From Chloroflexota bacterium (GTDB lineage: Bacteria; Chloroflexota; Anaerolineae; UBA4142), in NCBI GenBank assembly GCA_016223105.1, contig JACRPR010000009.1, positions 2,099 to 66,098 of the forward strand: a DNA stretch of 64,000 nucleotides, given 5' to 3'. The notes beneath the pieces were generated by a model, which ran no database searches, was not told where the DNA came from, and saw only the letters and a program-made list of their open reading frames with translations. A program made the position numbers and the translations under genes. This document shows positions 43,368 through 52,469 of this stretch, one piece after another; position 1 is the stretch's first letter; each line of letters opens with the position of its first letter.

Positions 43368-44726
43368 TTATGGTCCGCCCAACGCCTTGTTGATAAACGC
43401 CGCGGCAACATCGAGCGCATCCTTCGCGGACGCCGTGCCGAGCTCGATCTTTTCAATCGCTTTGCGGAGTTGTTCATCGCTGTTGCCGAGTTCAGTAAAG
43501 ACCGGGATCGCGCTCGAACTGGCGACGGCTTTGATCACCATTTCCGCGTTCGGCGATTTTTGATAATACTCTTTCAACGCCGGAACATTCGAGACCGATT
43601 TGCGAATCGGCACATAGCCGGTTTGCAAAAACAGATCCACCGAATTTTCCGCGCTCGTCATCCACTTGGCAAATTCCCACGCGGCTTTTTGTTTTTCCGC
43701 CGTCGTCTTGAAAACGAGGAAACTCGCGCCGCCGAGCGGTTCGGAGCAGGTTTTCTTGCATGGCAGAGGCGCAACGCCGACTTTGAACTTGGCGTCTTTT
43801 TCAATTGTTACGAGCGTCGAGGACGAGCGCATCAACATGCCCACTTTGCCCGCGATAAAATCCGCGCCCGCGTTCGCGTGTTGATTCGGCGGCATCACTT
43901 TGTGTTTCGTGACCAGGTCGCCCCAGAAGGTCAACGCCTCGATCCCTTCGGGACTGTTGTAGACGACCTTCTTGCCGTCGAAAATTTTTCCACCGTTCTG
44001 CATAATCATCGCGCTGAGATACCAATGCGTATCCGTGTGCGTGTTGAAGCCCCATTGACCTGGTTTCGTCAATGTTTGCGCGGCTTTGAGCAACTCGTCC
44101 CAGGTCGTCGGCGGTTTGTTCGGATCGAGACCGGCGGCGACGAACAAATCTTTGTTGTAGTACAACATCGGGACGCTGTTGTTGTACGGCATCGAAACGA
44201 TCTTGTCCTGGAATTTGTTGTAATCCCAGAATCCCTCGTGAATGTCCGCGCGATCTGCCGGGCTCATCAAATCCGCGATCGGCACAATCACACCCGAATC
44301 GCCCATCGTCGGCGCGCCGCCCATTTGCGCGATGTCGGGCAAAGTTTTCGCGGTTACTGCCGCGGTCAACTTTTGCGCGATGTCCGCGTAACTGCCTTGA
44401 AAGATTACATCAACCGTGATGTTCTTTTGCGCGGCGTTGAATTTTTTCACTTGCGCTTCGACGTACTGACCTTGCGCGCCGGAGAGCGCGTACCAAAAGG
44501 TCAGTTTCACCGGTTGCGCGGCGGCGGGCGGTTGCGTCGGCGCGACGGTCGCGGCGGGCGGCGGCGGCACGGGCGACGTTACCGGGGGCTTGGTTGCTTC
44601 GACCGGTTTGGTTGGTTGCGGCGCGGCAGTCGGCGGTGCTTTCGTCGGTTCGGGCGTCGGCGCGGCGCACGCGGACAAAACGGCTAACGCGATCAACACG
44701 AATACGGCGATTTGAATTTTTTTCAT
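43368..44726 (-). CDS. Sugar ABC transporter substrate-binding lipoprotein
   Basis: Lipobox VLSAC, P/T-rich linker, family-1 SBP body. Confidence 0.9.
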   Translation of the reverse strand: MKKIQIAVFVLIALAVLSACAAPTPEPTKAPPTAAPQPTKPVEATKPPVTSPVPPPPAATVAPTQPPAAAQPVKLTFWYALSGAQGQYVEAQVKKFNAAQKNITVDVIFQGSYADIAQKLTAAVTAKTLPDIAQMGGAPTMGDSGVIVPIADLMSPADRADIHEGFWDYNKFQDKIVSMPYNNSVPMLYYNKDLFVAAGLDPNKPPTTWDELLKAAQTLTKPGQWGFNTHTDTHWYLSAMIMQNGGKIFDGKKVVYNSPEGIEALTFWGDLVTKHKVMPPNQHANAGADFIAGKVGMLMRSSSTLVTIEKDAKFKVGVAPLPCKKTCSEPLGGASFLVFKTTAEKQKAAWEFAKWMTSAENSVDLFLQTGYVPIRKSVSNVPALKEYYQKSPNAEMVIKAVASSSAIPVFTELGNSDEQLRKAIEKIELGTASAKDALDVAAAFINKALGGP

Positions 44727-44744
44727 CTTCTCTTCTCCTTCTCG

Positions 44745-44800
44745 GAATTGCGAATTACGAATTACGAATTACGAATTACGAATTACGATTTACGATTTGT
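44745..44800. repeat. Single-arm heptamer array (GAATTGC, GAATTAC x5, GATTTAC, GATTTGT)
   Basis: Eight units counted directly. Confidence 0.9.
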
Positions 44801-44815
44801 TCGCACGCGCCTCCT

Positions 44816-45670
44816 TTACTGTTTGATCCCGGTTGCCGCGATGCCTTGCACGAATTGTTTTTGCACGATCAAATATAAAATCACGACCGGCAGTGAAACA
44901 AACACCGCCGCCGCCATCAGCAAGCCCCATTGACTCGCGCCTTCTTGTCCGACGAAATAACGCAAACCGATTTGCACCGTTCGCATTTCGTTGCTGTTCG
45001 TTACGATGAGGGGCCACAAATAGCCGTTCCAATTGCCCATAAACGCAAAGAGCGCAAGTGTCGCAAGCGCAGGACGCGAGAGCGGTACGACAATGCGCCA
45101 CAAAAATCCCAGGCGCCCGCATCCATCGAGCGTCGCCGCGTCTTCGAGCTCGTTCGGAATTTGCAAAAACGATTGGCGCAACAAAAACACGCCGAACGCG
45201 CTCGCGAGAAACGGCGCGATCAATGCAAAGTACGTGTCGAGCCCGAACGCTTTATTCCACTCGCCGAATTTTGCCAAGACCAGGTAAGATGGAATGATCG
45301 TCATCTGATGCGGGATCATCATGCTCGCAAGATACAGCGCAAAGAACGCGTCGCGTCCCGGAAACTTGATCCGCGCAAACGCATACGCCGCGAGCGCGCC
45401 GGTGATCAGATCGCCGAGCGTTACCGCGAGCGCAACAACGATGCTGTTGAAAAAGTATTTCGCGAACGGCGCGGCTTGCCACGCGCGCGCGTAATTTTGC
45501 CACACAAATTCCGTCGGCAACCATTGCGGCGGATACGTGAGCATTTGGCTTTGCGACTTGAGCGATGTCGCAATCATCCACACGTACGGCATCACCATTG
45601 CGAGCGCGCCGATGACGAGGATGAGATGGATGGGCAGGTTTGAAATTTTTTTGAGCATAGTTTGTTGCAA
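44816..45670 (-). CDS. Carbohydrate ABC transporter permease
   Basis: 6-TM with ELEDAATLDG EAA loop. Confidence 0.9.
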   Translation of the reverse strand: MQQTMLKKISNLPIHLILVIGALAMVMPYVWMIATSLKSQSQMLTYPPQWLPTEFVWQNYARAWQAAPFAKYFFNSIVVALAVTLGDLITGALAAYAFARIKFPGRDAFFALYLASMMIPHQMTIIPSYLVLAKFGEWNKAFGLDTYFALIAPFLASAFGVFLLRQSFLQIPNELEDAATLDGCGRLGFLWRIVVPLSRPALATLALFAFMGNWNGYLWPLIVTNSNEMRTVQIGLRYFVGQEGASQWGLLMAAAVFVSLPVVILYLIVQKQFVQGIAATGIKQ

Positions 45671-45675
45671 GTATG

Positions 45676-45720
45676 CAGTGAACAGTCAACAGTCTACTGT
45701 TCACTGTTCACTGTTCACTG
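45676..45720. repeat. Heptamer-array hairpin (CAGTNAA x3 facing CTGTTCA x3)
   Basis: Read directly. Confidence 0.85.
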
Positions 45721-46611
45721 ATAATGCACGCGCGGTCCCAACACTTTCATCTGAATTATCGTGAGCACCAGGATCATTGCGAACAAAACCATCGCGATTG
45801 CCGAGCCATAGCCCATCGTGAATTGTTGAAACGCTTGTTGATACAAATAGTACACGATCACGGTCGTCGAGCCGATCGGCCCACCCTGGGTCATGACATG
45901 AATTTGCGTGAACGATTGGAACGAGTTAATGACCGCGATGATCAAAATGAAAAACGAGGTGGGCGTGAGCAGGGGCCAGGTAACGTGGCGAAATAATTGC
46001 CAGCGATTCGCGCCGTCAATCTTTGCGGCTTCGTACAAATGTTGCGGAATGTTTTGCAAGCCCGCGAGATAAATGATCACGTTGTAACCCAAGCCGCGCC
46101 AAATGCCGAGAATGATCAGCGCGGGCATCGCGGAACGCGGCTCGTTCAGCCAACGCACACTCGGCAAGCCAACCAGGTTGAGCAAATAATTCGCGAGTCC
46201 AACGTCGGGATGATAAATCCACAACCACACGACCGACACCGCGACGAGCGAAGTGATCGTCGGCAGAAAATACGCGGTGCGATAGATCGCGAGTCCGCGC
46301 AAGGGACGATTCAACATCAGCGCGATCACGAGCGCGATTGCCATCCCGGTCGGAATCGATCCGCCGGCGAAATAAAATGTGTTCCACATCGCTTGCCAAA
46401 AATCTTCCGATGTGAACAGAAATTCGTAATTGCCGAGTCCGATGAACGTGGGTTCGCCGCGCATCACGCGCCACCGCCAGAACGACAAGACGAACGCGTA
46501 CAGCACCGGAAAGTAGGTGAATACGGCAAGAAAAATAAAACTGGGCGCGAGAAACGCGTACCCTTGCAACCAATCTTTGAGTTCGCGTTTTTTGATTTGT
46601 CGAGTCGTCAT
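45715..46611 (-). CDS. Carbohydrate ABC transporter permease
   Basis: 6-TM with LYEAAKIDG EAA loop. Confidence 0.9.
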   Translation of the reverse strand: MTTRQIKKRELKDWLQGYAFLAPSFIFLAVFTYFPVLYAFVLSFWRWRVMRGEPTFIGLGNYEFLFTSEDFWQAMWNTFYFAGGSIPTGMAIALVIALMLNRPLRGLAIYRTAYFLPTITSLVAVSVVWLWIYHPDVGLANYLLNLVGLPSVRWLNEPRSAMPALIILGIWRGLGYNVIIYLAGLQNIPQHLYEAAKIDGANRWQLFRHVTWPLLTPTSFFILIIAVINSFQSFTQIHVMTQGGPIGSTTVIVYYLYQQAFQQFTMGYGSAIAMVLFAMILVLTIIQMKVLGPRVHYQ

Positions 46612-46628
46612 TTTGATCGTTTACCCAA

Positions 46629-46705
46629 AACGTGAAACGTGATGCGTGATGCGTGAAATTTTGAATTACGAATTACGAATTACGAATTACGAATTACCAA
46701 TCACC
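46629..46705. repeat. Composite single-arm heptamer array (AACGTGA x2, TGCGTGA x2, AATTTTG, AATTACG x4, AATTACC, AATCACC)
   Basis: Eleven units counted directly; contains the isomerase stop codon. Confidence 0.9.
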
Positions 46706-47511
46706 GCCGTCATCAACGCAAAACTTTCCGCCAAACGCGCGGGTAAATTTTCAACGCTCGCCGCGCGATACCCGTTGATCTCCATCACCACCGCGCCCGC
46801 GAAACCGGCTTGCATCAACGCGCGCAGATCAGCTTGCCAGGGCACGTTGCCATAGATCAGTGGAAAGTGATCCTCGAACGCATCGTTGAGATCGTGAATG
46901 TGAACGTGGCGCGTCGCGCTCAAAAAATCGGCGGGCGGCAATCCCAGGTTTTGCAAAACCGTGTGTCCGAAATCCCAACAAATGTTGAGGCGCGGGTGAT
47001 TGAGCTCGCGCACCAGGTTCACAACTTGCTCGTACGTTTCGCCCACCCGAACGTAACCCGGTTTCGGCGGCAGAATTTCGAGCATTAGCCGCGCGCGTTC
47101 CGTGCGCGCAATTACCCAGGCAAGAAATGCGCGCGTATCCTCGGTCAATTCCGCGAGCGCCGTTTTACCGTGCGCGCCGTGAATGACGAGCGCGGGATCG
47201 TAATTGCCGAGGCGCGCCATTTGTTCCGCGAATTCAATCGGCAGAGCATAACGTGATTCGAGTTCCGCGCGTCGCGCCGACGCAAAACCATCGGGATTGA
47301 ACGGGTCTTTGTACGGCGCGTGAAAATAACAGCGATACCCAGCGCGCACACATTCTGCCGCGAGCGCGCGCATCGGTTCCCACTCGTCGCCTTCGGGATG
47401 CAGTGTAAATTCCAACACGCGCATCCCGTTCGCTTTTAACGGCGCGAGAAAATTTTCGCGTCCTGGTTGTTCGACCCACTTGGGGTGGAGAGCAAAACCG
47501 AGTTCAATCAT
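46687..47511 (-). CDS. Sugar-phosphate isomerase/epimerase (xylose-isomerase-like TIM barrel)
   Basis: Family-typical H.HD and E metal-ligand spacing. ATG 47511 sits just outside the heptamer array. Confidence 0.8.
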   Translation of the reverse strand: MIELGFALHPKWVEQPGRENFLAPLKANGMRVLEFTLHPEGDEWEPMRALAAECVRAGYRCYFHAPYKDPFNPDGFASARRAELESRYALPIEFAEQMARLGNYDPALVIHGAHGKTALAELTEDTRAFLAWVIARTERARLMLEILPPKPGYVRVGETYEQVVNLVRELNHPRLNICWDFGHTVLQNLGLPPADFLSATRHVHIHDLNDAFEDHFPLIYGNVPWQADLRALMQAGFAGAVVMEINGYRAASVENLPARLAESFALMTAVIGNS

Positions 47512-48550
47512 TTTGGAAATTGGAAGTTGGATGTTGGATGTTGGAAATTGGATCACGCATCACTAACTTTGCCGCGATGCTTGCAAAATCTAATCCATTC
47601 ACGCGCTCGACCTCGCGCAATAATTTTTGATCTAACGCTTCAATCCCGCGCAGTGCGCCGCAAATTCCGCCGGCGATCCCGGCAATCGTGTCTGTGTCGC
47701 CGCCGAGGTTGACGCCGGCGAAAATTGCGGTCATCGGATCGCCGCGCGCCGCGACGATCACGCCGAACGCGGATGCGACTGATTCTGCCGGATCGAGTCC
47801 GACGCCGACGTAATCGTAAAGTGATTTTAACGCGTCGTCCAGATTTTTCGATTCGCGCGCGAGCCGTACCGCGAGTTCGATTCTTTTTTCGAGTTGCGTC
47901 GCCCAACTCCACGCGCCGAACGCGCGCCCGCGTTGCGCGCCCTCTTGCGCGGACGCGATAATCGTTTCGATGGTCGCGTCGCGCGTCATTGCATTGGCAA
48001 TCGCGCACGCGACCGCGCCTGCGCTTGCCATCGCGTTGTGCGTGTTGTGCGTCGGAATACTTGCGGCGACCGCGTCGCGCAACACATTTTCAAAATTCAC
48101 CTTGAGCAAAGTCGAAGAGTCGCCGGCATGAACGATGCCGATGGGCGCGACGCGCATCGCCGCGCCGTTCGTCGTGCCTTGCGTCCCGGTTTCATACGGC
48201 GACGCGCCTTCTATCAAGCGCGCGAGCGCGCGCCGCGTGCTGGGTCCGATGTACGGACTCGGATGATCGCGTGCGGATTCGACCAGCGCGTGCGCGACGC
48301 GCTCCGGCGTGAGCGGTTCGCCGGTCGCGAGCAAGCGCGCGATCATCAATGTTTGCTCCGTGTCGTCGGTGACAACGCCGAGCGGATCCGCGAAACCAGG
48401 ATGCGCGTCGAACGGCGCGGCGAAATGATCGAGCCAGCCAAATTTTTCGCGAATGTGATCGCGCGTCATAAACTCGGTCGCGCGCCCCAGCGCGTCGCCG
48501 AGCGCGACGCCCGCCAAACATCCGTGCGCTTTTGAATTACTACTTACCAC
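47504..48550 (-). CDS. ADP-ribosylglycohydrolase family protein
   Basis: GVALGDALG and GGDTDTIAGIAGG motifs. The last about 16 aa are encoded by the heptamer array. Confidence 0.85.
   Translation of the reverse strand: MVSSNSKAHGCLAGVALGDALGRATEFMTRDHIREKFGWLDHFAAPFDAHPGFADPLGVVTDDTEQTLMIARLLATGEPLTPERVAHALVESARDHPSPYIGPSTRRALARLIEGASPYETGTQGTTNGAAMRVAPIGIVHAGDSSTLLKVNFENVLRDAVAASIPTHNTHNAMASAGAVACAIANAMTRDATIETIIASAQEGAQRGRAFGAWSWATQLEKRIELAVRLARESKNLDDALKSLYDYVGVGLDPAESVASAFGVIVAARGDPMTAIFAGVNLGGDTDTIAGIAGGICGALRGIEALDQKLLREVERVNGLDFASIAAKLVMRDPISNIQHPTSNFQND
47512..47553. repeat. Single-arm heptamer array ([T/A/G]TTGGA[A/T] x6)
   Basis: Read directly. Confidence 0.9.
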
Positions 48551-48553
48551 TTA

Positions 48554-49561
48554 CTAATTCCCCTCGAACACCGCGACTGTTTTAATTCCGCGAAACGCCG
48601 CGCTGTCCGCGAACGCGTTTTCCAATTCATTCAGCGCGACCGTGCGCGTGATAAACCCGGCGAGATCGAGCGTCGCGAGCGCGTCCATCGCGCGTTTGAA
48701 ATGACTCGGTGCGAATCCGAACGTGCCGACCAGCGTGATTTGCTCGTAATGAATTCGATTCGGATCGAGCGTTACGCGCGAATCGCGCGGCAAGCCCGCG
48801 AAAAAATTGATCGCGCCGCCGCGTCCGACAAATGCCAGCGCTTGCTCCGCGACCCTGGGATCACCGACCGAGACCATCACCTTGTTCATCCCCGCGCCAA
48901 CGACGTCGCTCAAGTTTTGTTCCGCGACATTGATCACCCGATCCGCGTGGCGCGCGCCCCAGGTCAAACGTTCCGGCGTCATCCCGGCGAGAATGATCGG
49001 CGTCGCGCCCAACGCGCGCGCGAGCATCGTTTGCATCAAGCCCATCGGACCATCGCCGATGATCAAAAGCGAATCGCCGCATTTCAATTGCAACGCGTCG
49101 AGACCGTGAAAGCAACACGCGAGCGGCTCGACGAGCGATGCGGTGACGAAATCAATCGCATCGGGCAGGCGAAACATTGCTTGCTGAACGACGCGACCTG
49201 GCACGCGAATAAATTCACTGAACCCGCCCGGCGCGATTGCCGCGTCCCACAAATGCGCGCACAAGGTGAATTGTCCGCGTTGGCAAAATTCGCACGCGCC
49301 GCACGGCGCGTACGGCGCGACGACGACGCGATCACCCGCGCGCCAATCCTGGTTTTTGGATTCGACGATGACGCCACTCGTCTCGTGTCCCAGTACTGTG
49401 CCGGCTTGAATGAGCGGATGCCCGCGCATAAATGTTTTCACGTCGGTCGCGCACACACCGCACGCGCGCGTTTGCACCAACACTTCGCCCGCCGCGATTT
49501 CGGGGCGCGGCATTTCCGCGATTTCCATTTTGCGCGGTTCGATGTATTTCAAAACTTTCAC
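48554..49561 (-). CDS. Zinc-dependent MDR alcohol/polyol dehydrogenase
   Basis: GVCATD catalytic-Zn motif and CGACEFCQRGQFTLC structural-Zn motif. Confidence 0.85.
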   Translation of the reverse strand: MKVLKYIEPRKMEIAEMPRPEIAAGEVLVQTRACGVCATDVKTFMRGHPLIQAGTVLGHETSGVIVESKNQDWRAGDRVVVAPYAPCGACEFCQRGQFTLCAHLWDAAIAPGGFSEFIRVPGRVVQQAMFRLPDAIDFVTASLVEPLACCFHGLDALQLKCGDSLLIIGDGPMGLMQTMLARALGATPIILAGMTPERLTWGARHADRVINVAEQNLSDVVGAGMNKVMVSVGDPRVAEQALAFVGRGGAINFFAGLPRDSRVTLDPNRIHYEQITLVGTFGFAPSHFKRAMDALATLDLAGFITRTVALNELENAFADSAAFRGIKTVAVFEGN

Positions 49562-50544
49562 GCTGACTCCTCAATCTGAATCGCGGTTGCTAACGCGCGT
49601 TGCGCGCGAACGTGCACGCGATCAGCCGCGCACAAAATTTTGAGCGGATTGCCGTCCGCGCACAACGCGACGCCGTCACGCAAGCCGGTTGCCTCGATGC
49701 GATCACTTTCATTCAAGCCAACGTAACGCGAGATAATCGGTTCTGCGCGATGCACCGCGTCCGCGTCGAGCCGCGTCGTTACGAGCAAATGATTGCACAC
49801 CAAACAGCCGGCAATGTCGCCGATGAACGATGAAAGAATCGCGCCGCCCGCGATCGCTTTGCCGTAAAAGCGTTCGTCCGGCAAACCGACGATCATCGTC
49901 GCGACCTGGTCGCCGCACGCGACGAGCGTTTCGCCGCGCGCAAATTTTTTGATGATGCGCGTGTCACTCGTCCACACCGGTTCGGGATCGCGCGGACTGT
50001 TCGCGCCGATCATTTTTTGCGCGGCGTCCACGTTCACGATTTGATCATTCACGGTTGCCAGCACAGTGAAATCAAGCACGACATCGTTGAATCCCAATCC
50101 CAGGTCAACGTCATTTACACCGGCGATCAAGCCATCCACCGCGCGCGTCGTCAATCGCGCATTTTCGAGTCGCGCGACATGCGCGCACGTCATCAACGGT
50201 CCGACGTTCGCCGAGCCCGCGCCGATGCCCAACAATGGAATCGGGCGCGGGATGATCGCGAGCGCGACATCGGCGAGCGTGCCATCGCCGCCGATCACGA
50301 CGAGCGCATCCACATTTTCGTCCGCGAATTTTTGCGCGAGAAATTTCCTGCGCGCTTTGCCGGTGTGCGCCGACCAAGCGAACACGCGCGGCGATTGATC
50401 GCGCAACGCGTCCGCGCCCATCTCGCCCGCGCCGACCAGGCTTTCGCGTGGTGCGATCGCGCGGATCGCGTCACGCGCGATCACGCCGGCATCGCCGCGC
50501 CCCGCGCGCGGATTGACGATCAGCCCAACGCGTTCCAACTTCAT
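49558..50544 (-). CDS. ATP-NAD-kinase-fold protein (COG3199 / AcoX-like)
   Basis: GLIVNPRAG and VVIGGDGTLADV motifs. ATGA overlaps on both sides. Confidence 0.7.
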   Translation of the reverse strand: MKLERVGLIVNPRAGRGDAGVIARDAIRAIAPRESLVGAGEMGADALRDQSPRVFAWSAHTGKARRKFLAQKFADENVDALVVIGGDGTLADVALAIIPRPIPLLGIGAGSANVGPLMTCAHVARLENARLTTRAVDGLIAGVNDVDLGLGFNDVVLDFTVLATVNDQIVNVDAAQKMIGANSPRDPEPVWTSDTRIIKKFARGETLVACGDQVATMIVGLPDERFYGKAIAGGAILSSFIGDIAGCLVCNHLLVTTRLDADAVHRAEPIISRYVGLNESDRIEATGLRDGVALCADGNPLKILCAADRVHVRAQRALATAIQIEESA

Positions 50545-51503
50545 CGCGGCGCGTTCTCCAATTCGAGCACGCGCCGCGCCGCAGTTTCATCGGTTACGAG
50601 CGCGTTGATGAAGCGTCCGCGCAACGCGCCCAGGATCGCTTCGGCTTTCGACGCGCCGCCCGCGACGCCGATGACGCGGCGCGCGCGTTTCAATTGTTTC
50701 AGTTCGATGCCGACGACGCCGCGCACCGTGTCGGGGCAGGGCTTGCCGTGCGCGTCGAAAAAGCGCACGCAAATATCGCCGACCGCACGCGCATCGCGCA
50801 AACGCGTTTGCGTTTCTGCGCTCAAATAATTTACAAAGAGCATTTGCATTTCGGCTTCGAACGCGAGGTTACCGATGCCGACGAGCGCGACATCGAGCGT
50901 GTGCCACTGCGCGGCGACGGTTTTCACATCCGTCGAGCGCAAAAGACTCGCGGCGACCGTGTCCGATTCGACGAGCGCGGGGACGTAAAAATTTTGCCAC
51001 GCGCCGCCGAATTTGTCCGCGAGGGCGCGCGCGAGATCGTGCACTTGAAACACCGGCGCGATTTGTCCGAGTCCGCCGATGAGCGGCACGACGTTGAGGC
51101 GCGCGACGCGTTTGGGCGCGAGCGCGTTGACGACTTCGTACAGCGTGCGCCCCCAACCAACGCCGACCGTGTCGCCGCTTTGCAAAACGCGTTCGAGATA
51201 GCGCGCGGTCGCTTGTCCGATGCGCCGCCGCGTAACGTCGTGCGCGTCGTTTTCGGTGGCGATGACGATGGCTTCGGTGAGATGGAATTTTTGGCAGAGT
51301 TGTTCTTCGAGGGGGTGATGCGTCGCGCGGGGATCGATGATCTTGATTTGCACGATGCCTTCGCCGCGCGCTTGTTGCAACAGGCGCGACACGGTTGGGC
51401 GCGAAGTTTTGAGCGCGCGCGCGATTTGTTCTTGCGTGCGATTGTCCTGATAGTATAGCCGCGCGGCTTGCAACATCAATTGTTGTTCGATTGGAGTGCT
51501 CAT
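50541..51503 (-). CDS. SorC/DeoR-type sugar-binding transcriptional regulator
   Basis: YYQDNRTQEQIARALKTSRPTVSRLL HTH plus a SorC sugar-binding domain. ATG 51503; the listed 653-aa ORF upstream part is antisense to the aldolase. Confidence 0.85.
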   Translation of the reverse strand: MSTPIEQQLMLQAARLYYQDNRTQEQIARALKTSRPTVSRLLQQARGEGIVQIKIIDPRATHHPLEEQLCQKFHLTEAIVIATENDAHDVTRRRIGQATARYLERVLQSGDTVGVGWGRTLYEVVNALAPKRVARLNVVPLIGGLGQIAPVFQVHDLARALADKFGGAWQNFYVPALVESDTVAASLLRSTDVKTVAAQWHTLDVALVGIGNLAFEAEMQMLFVNYLSAETQTRLRDARAVGDICVRFFDAHGKPCPDTVRGVVGIELKQLKRARRVIGVAGGASKAEAILGALRGRFINALVTDETAARRVLELENAPR

Positions 51504-51517
51504 CTTGCGCTCAATTG

Positions 51518-51544
51518 TGAACAGATGTAAAATACATTTGTTCA
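51518..51544. promoter_or_regulatory. Palindrome TGAACAGATGT-AAAAT-ACATTTGTTCA in the divergent SorC/aldolase gap; candidate operator
   Basis: 11-nt arms (one mismatch) read directly. Confidence 0.45.
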
Positions 51545-51584
51545 GATTATCGCACAGATTAAAACGCGTGTCAAGGAGCAACCG

Positions 51585-52319
51585 ATGAATTTCAAAACCA
51601 AACGGCTCGCGCATCTGTTCGCGCCCGACGGCAAATGTCTCGTCGTCGCGATGGATCACGCGGGATTTGTGGACAAGCCGCTTGCCGGCTTGGAACGCCC
51701 CGCCGAAACAATTCGCGCAGTGGCGCGTGCCGGCGCGGACGCGTTTTTGTTGACGCTGGGAAGCGCGATGCACTGCGCGGATGCGCTCGGGCGCGCGGGC
51801 GTGTGGTTGAGCGTGGACGCGGAGCCGCCCTTTCTCGATCACATTGTCGCGACCGCGTTGCGGATCGGCGCGGACGGAATCAAATGTTTGGTCTATCCGT
51901 TTTGGGACGAACGCCCGAACAGCGTCGCGAATTTTGCCGCGCTCGCGAGCGCGTGTAGCCAATGGGGCATGCCGTTGATGGCGGAAGTGATCCCCGGCGG
52001 ATTTCTCGCCGGCGCGGAAATGCGCGCGCCGAAAAAGATCGCCGCCGGTGCGCGCGTTGCGATGGAAGCCGGCGCGGATGTGATCAAAACATTTTACACC
52101 GGCGACGCGGATTCGTTTCGTCAAGTGATCGCGTACTGCGCGATTCCGATCATCGTGCTCGGCGGCGAACGCGCGCCGCACGACGATCAAGTTTTGCAAA
52201 GCGTACGCGGCGCGCTCGATGCCGGCGCGCGCGGCGTCGCGATTGGGCGCAACATTTGGCAACACCCTGAACCGGCAAAGATCACCGCCGCGCTTGCTAC
52301 GCTGATCCATCGCGCCTAA
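51585..52319 (+). CDS. DhnA/LsrF-type class I aldolase family protein
   Basis: VVAMDHAG near the N-terminus and ADVIKTFYTG (candidate Schiff-base Lys). About 244 aa TIM barrel. Confidence 0.75.
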   Translation: MNFKTKRLAHLFAPDGKCLVVAMDHAGFVDKPLAGLERPAETIRAVARAGADAFLLTLGSAMHCADALGRAGVWLSVDAEPPFLDHIVATALRIGADGIKCLVYPFWDERPNSVANFAALASACSQWGMPLMAEVIPGGFLAGAEMRAPKKIAAGARVAMEAGADVIKTFYTGDADSFRQVIAYCAIPIIVLGGERAPHDDQVLQSVRGALDAGARGVAIGRNIWQHPEPAKITAALATLIHRA

Positions 52320-52382
52320 ACCCCACTTGCATTTCGGTCGAATTTGTATAAAATCATTTGCAGAAATTAAACCGGTTGACGC

Positions 52383-52439
52383 AACCGCCGCGATGAATTG
52401 GGCAATGCCGACCAATCGTCGCGGTGGTTTCTGTTTTTT
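52383..52439 (+). terminator. Intrinsic terminator or leader attenuator between the aldolase and E1-alpha genes
   Basis: About 18-bp imperfect stem (aaccgccgcgatgaattgg / ccaatcgtcgcggtggtt) followed by tctgtttttt. Confidence 0.5.
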
Positions 52440-52469
52440 CACGGAATATAAAAAAATCGAAAGGATAGA

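Noticed and set aside
44745-44800. Considered whether the regular short repeats (here and at about 20 other sites) are CRISPR arrays.
   Set aside because: The units are 7-9 nt and directly abutting, with no unique spacers. Arrays are 30-80 nt long. No cas genes or leader are present. They are tandem or inverted simple repeats.
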